A DNA stretch of 64,000 bases from Eledone cirrhosa (Eukaryota), in NCBI GenBank assembly GCA_964016885.1, contig OZ024741.1, positions 404,612,001 through 404,676,000 on the forward strand, given 5' to 3'. Numbering within the stretch: the first letter of the stretch is position 1; every line of letters starts with the position of its first letter. Below are positions 39,586 through 51,850 of the stretch, one piece after another. Both the position numbers and the translations under genes were made by a program. The notes beneath the pieces were generated by a model. The model did not search any database. It was given only the letters and a program-made list of their open reading frames with translations, and had not been told where the DNA came from.

Positions 39586-39734
39586 AGGTAAGAAATTTTC
39601 AAGAGAGCTGGACAGCAGAAGGTCTTTTGAGAAGAACCCTTCGCCTAAAGCAAGTGTTTCGACCCATATGCACACCCACTCACACACACTCTCACAAACA
39701 TACGCACTCACATACACACACACGCACTCATACA

Positions 39735-39793
<59 letters not shown>

Positions 39794-39795
39794 GT

Positions 39796-39943
39796 CTATC
39801 CCGGGTTCAATCGGGGGTATCCACAGTAAGTAATGTACTCAATACAAAGCAGAGTATACGTATTTAATATAGAAAGGCTTCTACAGGACTAGAACTGTTT
39901 CATTCCGGAATGAAACAATTCTAGACCTGGAGAAGCCTTTCTA
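39796..39943 (-). repeat. H6 element terminus with fold-back palindrome (39870-39943)
   Basis: Reverse complement of ~54660-54770. The palindrome is centred on CATTCCGGAATG and the arms differ at 3 positions. Confidence 0.8.
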
Positions 39944-40224
39944 CATTATATATATATATATATATATATATCAACTCGAAATTGATTGACATATATATAT
40001 ATATAAAATAAACATATGAAACAATCACAGGGAATAATTTGTAAAGTGTACAATCTTTACAAATTATTCCCTGTGATTGTTTCATATGCTTATTTTATAT
40101 ATAAATGTCAATCAATTTCTAGTTGATATAAAATGCTCGGATCTATTCATTGGAATATTTCAGCATATTCTGCAGTGGATATGGCGCATGTCTCTCAGAT
40201 ATGACACCCGTAATTTAATTTTGG

Positions 40225-40275
<51 letters not shown>

Positions 40276-40439
40276 GTGGTAAGAAACTCTCAGTGGGGCT
40301 GGGTAGTAGAAGGTCTTCAGAGACCCCCCCTCCTCAAGCGAGATTTTCGGCCCTTAACTTCTTACACTGTAAGGGGGTCGGGCGACACCCATGTCATGAC
40401 TTCTGAGTGGTCTTCTGCTGATATTTAGCTATTTGGATA

Positions 40440-41557
40440 TCAGAGATTTGTATATCTAAACCGTATGGAGAATGGCAAGGGAAAGATATATTCTAGATAT
40501 GACCATCCCGTCTTAACAGATCATCTTTACTTTATTCTACAGTAATCAATAAGTTAATATATTGTTGTTGTTGTTGTGGTGGTGGTGGTTTTGTTGTTGT
40601 TGTGGTGGTGGTCGTGGTGGTGTTGGTTACAGTTATAACTATGCGTTGTTGTACTACCATGGATGGGTTGATGAGGTTGTTTGTTGTTTTGTGATTTTAT
40701 AGCCGATGTTTTACGTGTATTGTTATGTGTTGGAAGGCGTTTATACAACCGTTTTGCGTTAAGCTTTTTTATATGTTGTTCAATATTAGGGGCGGTTGAA
40801 TATGAAAGTCGAATAGTGTTAGGGTTTAAGATTTTATTATATTTATGTGATGTCGGAAAATGTTTTTTAACTAATCGAAAGAATTGTGAGGGTAGATTGG
40901 TTTTAATAGAGTTGTTATAGACCGGGTTGTACCATATATACTCTTTACATCGCCTTCTGTTTGGTGGTGTGCGACTATTAGTGTGTCTATTGCGGTAGTG
41001 TATGTATGGTGGTGCTTCTATGCTATTTCTACCTCTATGAGATTTATTTTGGGTGTTTTGGTGATCGTCGACTATATACTCTATATTATCTAGGTGTCCA
41101 GCCTTCCTAAGTGCATCATCATAATATTCGGCATGTTCTTTGAAGGTTGGACGACAGGCGGGAGATTCTAAGGGAAATATTTCTAGGGATGGATTTAATT
41201 ATAGAGGGTGGATGGTTAGAACCCGTATTTACATATTTAAGGTTCTCATTTAATTTATGGAACTGTTTAATCGTTTCTGTATTGAGATTCAAAGTAACAT
41301 CCAGGAAATTAACCTCTTTGAGGTTATATTCAAACGTAATATTTAATCCTAGTTACTTAAAACGCTTTCTAATATTTTTATGCATCCTTTCTAAATTCTG
41401 GTTATTCATATGCTTAATTAATAGGAGCGCATCGTCACAGTAGAGTCCACCGTGGAGATCCTTGAATGTTCCTTGTAGTCTGTGGGTGATATAAATTCCC
41501 ACAAGATCAGTTACTTCGGCCGAATCATTGGAACCCATAGTAATATCAAAATTAGGT
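40440..41557 (-). pseudogene. Penelope-like element RT/thumb/linker remnant
   Basis: FDITMGSNDSAEVTDLVG..GLYCDDAL, VNFLDVTLNL, SNHPPSIIKSIP and WYNP..KHFP..NTIRLSYS are PLE RT motifs. The reading frame is interrupted by stops. Confidence 0.85.
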
Positions 41558-42266
41558 CATCTCCGTTTGATTGTCAAAATACATATTAACATTCTCTATT
41601 AATTCTATCAACTCTTCTATTCTTTACCATTTAATATAAACTGCTATAGATAAAATGAGATTTCTTAATTCAATTCCCTAATGCATATACCAGCAGGCTA
41701 CCAGCATTGTTGTTATACAGTAGCAGTGAAAATCTCTCTCTTCCTTACTTGACACTTTATATCTGTATTAATCCTACTACACCAAACGACCAGCCCTGTC
41801 CATTGTTAAATTGGTCAAATATAGATTAAAATAGGCACTCCCAAAAATTCTTATTTAGAGAAAATAAGCTATATACTCATTGTATTCTCATTAAAAACCT
41901 TCTATATACTTGTTTACCAGCAAATTGAATTGCCATCTGTCATATACTATCCCTTCTCTACTTCCTTTCTTACAACTAATATAAATACTTTGATTTTTCT
42001 GATTTTTTTCAATTTATCCAATACTTGCTAACATTATATGATTACGCAAGCAGCGATACATAGGTATTCCGTCTGTTACAGAAACATATGTCAATACCTA
42101 ATAAATTCCTTTATAAAAGCACTTTCATTTTATATTCATCTTTTCTACATTTTCTCCGGAATATAATTTATACTCGTTGAGCAAACCTACACGTACGCTG
42201 TTCATCTCTAACGTGACGATATATTATCACTACATTATTGATAACTTAAAATTTTGTATATATAGG

Positions 42267-42365
<99 letters not shown>

Positions 42366-42502
42366 TATATATATATTTATATATATATATTTATATATAC
42401 ATATATATATATTTATATATACATATATATATATATTTATATATATTTATATATACATATATATATATATTTATATATACACATATATATATATTTATAT
42501 AT

Positions 42503-42561
<59 letters not shown>

Positions 42562-42563
42562 TG

Positions 42564-42614
42564 AGATTCTACAGGACTAGAACTGTTTCATTCATTAGAA
42601 ATCATCAGGAATCT
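42564..42614 (-). ncRNA. type I hammerhead ribozyme, family H6
   Basis: Minus strand: AGAUUC CUGAUGA U-UUC-uaau-GAA-U GAA ACAG-uucuaguc-CUGU A GAAUCU. It has a GUA site and lies directly beside a long (TA)n tract. Confidence 0.78.
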
Positions 42615-43324
42615 GCATATATGTATTCAGAGATTTTTATTTTATTTTACTAACCACACAATACTAAATTATTTAATTGACGGAATAATCCAAAAATACA
42701 ATAAGTATCTTTTAAACTGATGCAGTAACATTAAACAGGAAACGGAAATAACCATATTCCCTCATGCAGTTTAAATGATGCAGCGTTTAATGCAACAAAA
42801 AGATATATAACAAATAAAGATCACAAGAAGATCTGCATTACAAATCGCAAATAAATTCCACTATGAGAATTGGAGAAGTTTAATAAACATATGCAAAGAA
42901 ACCTCTTCTTTTTCGCCCTGATAGTGTCGTGGGGCCAGAGTCCTGAAACACTCCTTCCAGCAGGTCCTGTCATAAGCAATCGTTTTCAACTGATTCGGCT
43001 GGATCCCATAGTGAGACCAACCGAGCTCATGGATCCTATCCAACCGTAATATTAGATTAGATGCCACACTACATTGCGAAAATGGAACAATTTCTCTGTA
43101 TTAAATTAACTGATTTAATTTTAGCGTTGACAATAGATGTAAATTCTGGTAGTGACATATTATGGATATGGAATACTTCCTGTCAATTTCCAGAACTCTC
43201 CTCACATATGTTCTAGAATTTAGCGTGATATATTACTATAGTAACCATTATGATATCGATATAATCATTCAGGACAGGAGGTGAATATGTTTGACAGGTC
43301 CTCCACATCACTGAATAACAGGAC

Positions 43325-43590
43325 TGATCCATTTGATGTTACATAAGGTTATTTGACAGAGCAAAGGTCAGCATCATTGTTGAATTATTCTTCCTTGATA
43401 AGCTTAAATCTAGATTTAACATATTAAAGTTGGGCTTGTACAGCGATGACGGCCTCCTATCTATTCCTATCAACGTAAACAATCTTGATACAATGAATAG
43501 TTTTAAACATCACGGATTTATTATCATTATCACTAACATCATGACAACATTTAGTTTCTTACCTGTCAATTTTAAATTGATAGGTAAGAA
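43325..43590 (+). pseudogene. highly degenerate PLE RT fragment
   Basis: DPFDVT*G and GLYSDDGLL parallel the motifs in the 40440-41557 remnant. Confidence 0.55.
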
Positions 43591-44124
43591 ATGCATCCCC
43601 TCTCCAAGTCTGAACACAGCTGATTTCTTCTACAGAAGAAGAGAGAGGGGGGGAATATGAAAGAGATGGAGATGGAGTACTTTTTTTATTGAAGTCTAAA
43701 TAATGGTTTTTGATTTAGGTGCGATGCCTATAATTTCGGGGTGGGGCAGAAGTCGATTAAATCGACTCCAGTGTGTGACTGGTATTTTATTTTATCGATC
43801 CTGTAAGGATGAAAGTTAAAGCTAACTTCGGTGGGATTTGAATTCAGAACGTTAAGAAACGTAACTATATGCCGCAAGGCATGTTGTCCGACGCTCTACT
43901 GATACTGCCAATCCACCGCCCTATGAGCCTAAAGAACAATAACTGATACATATGTTATCAAAGGTGACTTTGTGATAAAGAAAAACAAATTTATTTGGAG
44001 TTGGAGTCAAAATATAAAAGATACGAAACTAAAGGTGAGAAGATATTTAATCAAGTTCTCTAACATGTTTCTCTCTTTACCTTTCTATTAAAGATTATTT
44101 TCCAATTTAGTTAAGAGCCTAAAT

Positions 44125-44880
44125 ATGTGTGGCCAAATGGTAAGGGTGTTAGATTTATGATCATAATGTTGTGGGTAAGATTTCTGGACTGGGTTGTGTG
44201 TTGTGTTCTTGAGCAAAACACTTCATTTCACGTTCCTCCAGTATACTCAGCTGAAAATGAGTACCAGCAATATTTGGGAGTTTAACCCTGCAATATTTGG
44301 GAGTTTAACTGAGATAATCACCGGCCTGATGAACTTCGGGTTGGTTCCAAACTAACTTTAGTATACTAGGCTGAAAATGAGTACCAGCAATAGCTGCAGG
44401 TTTAACCTTGCGATGGATTGGCGTCGTATCCAGGAAGCGGGGAGTCTTGTACTTGTAAGCACTTAACACCACGGAAACTGAGATAAACAACAGCCTGATG
44501 AGCCTCTGTGATCGAGATAGACCTTTGATTCAGACAGTATACTCAGTTGAAAATGGATACCAGCAATAATTAGAGGTTTAAACCTGTGATGTACTAGCTT
44601 TCTGTCCAGTGAGGAGTCTTATACTCTCATTCGCTTAACACGAAGGGCACTGGGATAAGAAGCGATCTGCTGAGTCTCTGGCCTTCAGAGAGACTTTTCA
44701 CTCAGAGAGTATACTCCACTGCAAATACATACCAGCAATAGATGGAACTTTAATCCTGCAATGTACTGGCGTCCTATCCTGGAAAGGTAGAGTCTTGTAC
44801 GCTCAGTCGCTTAACACCAAGAGAACTGGGATAAGCAGCGGTTTAATGAGTCTCCGAGATTCAGACAGACTTTAGACTTA
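44125..44880 (+). mobile_element. tRNA-derived SINE family 2 with its 3' ~172-bp portion tandemly repeated
   Basis: Head at ~44125-44240 (..gtgttcttgagcaaaacacttcatttcacgtt). Units starting agtatact..gaaaatgagtaccagcaata occur at ~44240, 44360, 44536 and 44708. Other family-2 copies lie at ~52595-52760, 54241-54350, 56140-56216 and 60889-61015. Confidence 0.7.
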
Positions 44881-45136
44881 GACTAAATCATTTACGTGAA
44901 CAAATATAAGTAAAATATCTCTCCTAACCCCGAAAAGATCTGAACTGAAATCGAACAATGATGGCCCTAGATTTTAGCTCAAAAGTACGTACACAGTTCC
45001 AGGAAAATCCCCGCCCCCAACAAAAACTTATAAAATTAATATTATTTGTGGCACGTGGCCACAAATTTGTAGGAAAGAGATTGGAAAGATACGGGCAATT
45101 GGATTTGTCCCAAGGCATGCATTGTGTTTAATCTAT

Positions 45137-46050
<914 letters not shown>

Positions 46051-46563
46051 CAGTAAATATCAAAATCTCAGGATATCTCATATACTAAACAGTTTACACC
46101 GAGTTTACTGTTTCTGCTGATTTTACTAAGATTCTTATCGTATTTTTGTCAACAATCAATGGAGGTACTGGCTGTTGTTCAGCGAATATTTAAAGCAATT
46201 TACTGCAAATATTGACGCAGAACTATTGACCAGATACATCTGCAAATGTAAAATTACAGAAAAGAGTATGGGGGCTGGTTTGTTATTTTTATTTTACTTT
46301 TATTTTTGTCTTTTCCTTTTATGACAATTGCACTAGGGGCCAAAGTAGTTAAGAGCGATGAATTGACATGAATTTGGCAAAGAAACTCTCGTTGAATTAT
46401 TGTACTGCAGCAAAATGATTGATCTTTTCGCAGAGTACATGAAGGTTCAAGGGTGGAGTGAAGGGAATGTAGAGTCACTTTTGAAATATATGATAAAGAA
46501 AATAATTAATGAATTTGTCAATAAAATTTTACAAACTGGTGCAAAATATTTTCAAGAAAATAT

Positions 46564-46772
46564 GGGTCACTGTTAAAATATTGAATCCCTGAGACTTTGA
46601 CCCTATATAATATATAGGGGTCACTGTTAAAATATTGAATCCCTAAGAGTTTGGTCCTATATAATAAATAGGGGTCACTGTTCAAATATTGAATTACTGG
46701 GAGTTTGGTCCTTTATAATAAATAGGAATCACTGTTAGAATATTGAATTACTGGGAGTTTGGTCCTTTATAA
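46564..46772. repeat. 54-bp tandem repeat, ~4 copies
   Basis: TCACTGTT starts at 46567, 46621, 46675 and 46729. Confidence 0.9.
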
Positions 46773-47856
46773 TTGTTTCTATTTTTCGCACAAGGCCAGC
46801 AATTACCCCATTGTATTACTGGTACTTTATTTTATCGACCCCGTAAGGATGAAAGGCAAAGTTAACCTCGGCAGGATTTGAACTCAGATCATAAAGGGCC
46901 GTAACTCTTTGCTGCAAAGCATGGCGTCCGACCCTCTACCGATACTGTCAATCCACCATAATAACTTTAGGGCACAGTTCATCTATTAACGGAATGATAA
47001 AATACAAAACTGACCTCGGCGGAATTTGAACGCAAAACTTAAAGATACTCTTACATAGTTCTATACAGCAAGTCCTTTAGTTTTCTATTGTAGCAATTCT
47101 GCCATCAAACCATGTCAAAACAAAGCAACTAGTAGTTGGTAAATGTTATTTATAACACGTAAGGCAGTGGCAGAGTCGTTAGAACGGCGGATAGAATGGT
47201 TTGCTATACTTGTTTCAACTTTCTATTCTCTAAGTTCAAATTCCACCGAGTTCCTCTTTGCTTATCATCCATTCGAGTTAGATAAAAAAAAAGTATGTCA
47301 AGAACCGGGGTCGATGCTTCCTCCATATCTCTTTCTCATTTCATTTCTCTAGAAGAAATTTGCTGTATTATTCGGATCTGAAGAGGAGATGGGCTCCACC
47401 AAGTTTTAAAATACCCTAGAAACGCCGTATGTCATCACGGCACTCCTGTGACTCCCTCAGGAGTTACGGCACCATTTGTAACACGCATTAAAAAGAACAA
47501 TTAAATGGCCAAACAATGGGATATGTTTTGTGCCATAAGACAGAAGACAAGACACTTTTCTTCTGAAGAGCATCTACTATCATTATCCATGTAATGTGGG
47601 CACCGGTGGTGTGGCGTGGGTAAAGCGCTCTCTTGTGCAAGGTTTTCTTCATTCAGCGGACAGAATGAAGAAAACCTTGCTTAATGAAATATTTACATCA
47701 CGAAGAACAGAATCCATGAGCTTGGCTGGTCTCCCTTGGGGATCCAGCCGGATCAGTTGGAAACGGTTGCTTCTGACAGGACTTGCTGGAAGGAGTGTCT
47801 GAGAACTCTACCTTCTTGACCCTCTAAGGAATAAGTGGAAGAAGAAGAAGAAGAAG

Positions 47857-47887
<31 letters not shown>

Positions 47888-50046
47888 TTAGTTGACTACT
47901 GCATAAGGTTTCGAACGAATGAGTTGTTAGTTTGTTTATTGGTTAAGATACTATCACCGTTACATTATAAAGAGATCACGTGTGAGGACATTCACCAATG
48001 ATCATTCATCAACCACAATTTACAGATGAGAACGTACCTATCAGTTATATATCGGCGGTAATTGACTGACCACAAATTTATCGATTAGGAAGAGCTTAAT
48101 TTGAAACGGTGAAAATATTACAACTTTCTAGACAGAATAATCAAACTGTGAACTCTGAACCTAACGAATCCATCATTCTTCATTTAAGAAATCCATTCAG
48201 AGTTTTCTCAATGTTTTTTCCTCTTTTTGAAATAAATTTCATGAATAATAAGTATGGTGATTTTATAGAAATTCTAATACCAATTGATAATTATAATATG
48301 TCATCGATGAATACAGAAATTGATTAATTACGTTCCGGTGAATTTATTAATCGGTGGATTTATAAATCAGTGAATTGTGCAGATCTGTCAACTCTCCCCG
48401 TCCGACGGGGACATCTCTCACTTTGGGGTGGGTGAGAGATGTCTTCTCTTGTGAAAATGGATATAGCTTTCATTATGGATTGGCAGTATCGGTAGAGGTG
48501 TCGGACAGGCTTTCCAGCATAGTTAAGTCCCTTTACGATCTGAGTTCAAATTCCGCCGAGGTTAACTTTGCCTTTCATCCTTACGGGGTCGATAAAATAA
48601 AATACCAGTAATGTACTGGATAATTGCTGGCCTTGTGCTAAAAGTAGAAATAATTATGTAAAATCTCCCTATTTTGCCTCATTTCTTCCCGTTTTGGGGC
48701 ATTTTTTCATGGTACTCCTGGTTTGGGTTTTTAGAGGTTGTCTGGTCTGATTGTGGGTCGGTTGACCGATGTCAGGGAATATTCCTGTAACCTTCATGCA
48801 ATTCCAAGGGAAGTAATTAGTTGTACGACAGGAAACCATAAAGTAATGTTTAATCATTCAGAAGCTGGAATATGTGTATGTATGTAAGGTCTCGTAACTC
48901 CTGATATAGTAGTAGGGGTGCCGTATTGACATACGGCGTTTCTTGGCCATTTTAAGCCTGGCAGAGCCCGTCTCTCTCCAGGCCTGAGTATAACAGATTT
49001 CTTCCAGAGAAAGATAGAAAGTGAGAAAGAGGAAAGGAGAAAGAGATATAGAAGAAGAATCGACCTCAGTACTAGACTGGTACTTTTTTTTATATAGTTA
49101 TGGTTCTGAGTTCAAATCCCGGCGAGGTTTGCTTTGCCTTTCCTCCTAAAGAGGTCGATAAAATAAAATACCAGTAACGCACTAGGGTCAATTTAATCGA
49201 CTTTCTCTTCCTCCTAAAATTGTTGGCCCTGTGCCTAAATCAGAAAATATATATTTGATGACATATACTACAAAATCGAATTATTTATATTACAGGAACT
49301 CATATCGACTCTGATAAACTAATTGGTTATGTCAAATTTATCAGAATTACAGATCGAATCTGACAATGACTCAACTAAATGATATTGTAAACCATTTAAT
49401 CCAATTCGCTTTATTATTATTATTATTTTGTTGGTTGTTTGTTTTATTGATTTTGTCATTGTTTCTTGTCAGTTAATACATGTAGGCAAGTTAAAGGGCA
49501 CTTAACTCCTGATTGTGTTGTAGGGGGCGTTAGAGTAACACACGAAGTGTCTTGGGTATGTTAATCCTGGTACATCGGACACCATGCTTCCCGGCATAGA
49601 GTTACGGCCCTTTACGTTATGACTTCAAACTCTGCCGAGGTTAACTTTGCCTTTCATCCTTACGGAGTCGATAAAATAAAGTACCAGTAACACACTGGGG
49701 TCGATTTAGTCGACACCCCTCCCCACCCCCAAAAAATATTTTGGCCTTGTGCCTAAATCAGAAAACATTATCACATGACGGTAGGGTGGAGGATTGTCAG
49801 AATGGATTGAGCGTCGGGCAATATACTTCGTGGCATTGAGTTACGACCCTTTAGGTTCTCAGTTCAAATCCCATCGATGTTAGTTTATGTTAGCTTGGCT
49901 TTTCATCTTTACGGTCTCCATGAATGAAAGCACCAATAATTCTTTAGGATCAATTTATCCCCCAAACTGTTAGCCCTGGGCCTTTATCAGAAACTATTAT
50001 CTGGATAGCTGTAATATAATTTCCTTGACCAGGCACACATCATTGA

Positions 50047-51037
50047 TCTCTAAATATAGAAGGAAGTAGTCCAGACAGCATCTGTATTTTAATACGTTAA
50101 TACCTACGCACCGTACGTCCGACCGTGTGTCACACTTTCAGTAATATATATATATATTAATACGTTAATACGTACGTACCGTACGTCAGACCGTGTGTCA
50201 CACTTTCAGTAATATATATATATATTAATACGTTAATACGTACGTACCGTACGTCAGACCGTGTGTCACACTTTCAGTAATATATATATTAATACGTTAA
50301 TACCTACGTACCGTACGTCAGACCGTGTGTCACACTTTCAGTAATATATATATTAATACGTTAATACGTACGTACCGTACGTCAGACCGTGTGTCACACT
50401 TTCAGTAATATATATATTAATACGTTAATACCTACGTACCGTACGTCAGACCGTGTGTCACACTTTCAGTAATATATATATTAATACGTTAATACGTACG
50501 TACCGTACGTCAGACCGTGTGTCACACTTTCAGTAATATATATATTAATACGTTAATACCTACGTACCGTACGTCAGACCGTGTGTCACACTTTCAGTAA
50601 TATATATATTAATACGTTAATACCTACGTACCGTACGTCAGACCGTGTGTCACATTTTCAGTAATATAAATAAAAGTCAAATGACGTCAGTGAGACGTGC
50701 TAAAACAATGGAAGGGTTTGTTAAACAATCTACGACAATCTACGGCGAAAGAAAATAAAAGAACGTTGCAACGTTTGGAAAGAAGAGAGAGAGGGGGTTT
50801 TAATATATTTAGAGAGAGGGGTTATAATATAGAGAAAGAGATGGGTTATTATATATAGAGAGAGGGGGTATAATATAGAGAGAGGGGGTTATAATATAGA
50901 GAAAGGAGCGTTAACATATATATAGAGAGAGGGGTGTTATAATATATAGAGAGGGTGGTTTTAATATATAGAGAAAGGGATGGGTTATAATATAGAGAGA
51001 GGGGATTATCCGTGAATTTTTGCACAGGTCCAGCTAG
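50047..51037 (+). mobile_element. non-autonomous Helitron with internal minisatellites
   Basis: The 5' end is A|TCTCTAAATATAG. The 3' end has an imperfect hairpin ccgtg..gcacagg followed by CTAG|T (51034-51038), with no TSD. Confidence 0.7.
50090..50668. repeat. 64-68-bp minisatellite, 9 copies
   Basis: AATACGTTAATAC starts at 50091, 50159, 50227, 50291, 50355, 50419, 50483, 50547 and 50611. Length variation lies only in the (TA)n run. Confidence 0.95.
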
Positions 51038-51519
51038 TCTTAATGAAAACCATTTGACTGACTAGAAATATTCTCAAACACACGTCAACCTCCATTTCAT
51101 ACTCAGGCCTATTGCTCCTAAAATGGTCTCTGGTCATCTGGGTCAACTAGTTACCACATCTCAACGGCCCCCAATCTCCCGATTAAGCAAAGCTATTTCT
51201 AATCTTTCTTCCTTAAAACGTTGAAATGAATTTCCTACCCCCCCCCCCATTTTCCTTAAAATGATCCGCAGTCAACATCAACCGAATCAACCTTGTTGCT
51301 ATAAGGAGGCCTATAAGGGGCCTTACTCGCCACACCCTCACTCAGTCGTGTAACGTTGTCATATACGGCATGTCGTGAGTATTTTAACCTGGCAGATTCC
51401 CCACTCCCCACGTCTCTTCACAGTCGATTTCTTCCAGGGAAAGGGGGTGGGGCGAGGGTGAGGAATTGAGAAAAAGAATCGGTTGTAGTATTCGACTGGT
51501 GGTATATTAAACCCCAACT

Positions 51520-51850
51520 CTATCCACGCCCCATCCCACCTCCGCCCACGCCCCACTCCACCTCTACCCCTCCCCACCCACATCTACACACACCCCCACC
51601 CCACCTCCACCCACGCCTCACCCCACCTCCACCCACGCCTCACCCCACCTCCACCAACGCCCCACCCTTACCTCCACCCGCGCCCCATCCCACCTCCACC
51701 CACGTACCACCCCACCTCCACTCACATCGCACCCCACCTGCGCACGACGCACCCCACCTCTACACACGCCCCACCCACCTTAACCCACGTTCACCCACCT
51801 CTACACACGCCCCACCCCTACTATACCCACCCCCACCCCACCCACACCCC
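51520..51850. repeat. C-rich ~21-bp degenerate repeat (ccccacctccacccacgc..)
   Basis: Direct inspection. The minus strand has G-runs. Confidence 0.85.

Noticed and set aside
44490-44525. CTGATGA in the SINE tail as a hammerhead core
   Set aside because: There is no correctly placed GAAA and no stems I or III.
50090-50668. CRISPR-like regular array
   Set aside because: The units are wholly repeated with no unique spacers, there are no cas genes, and the context is eukaryotic.
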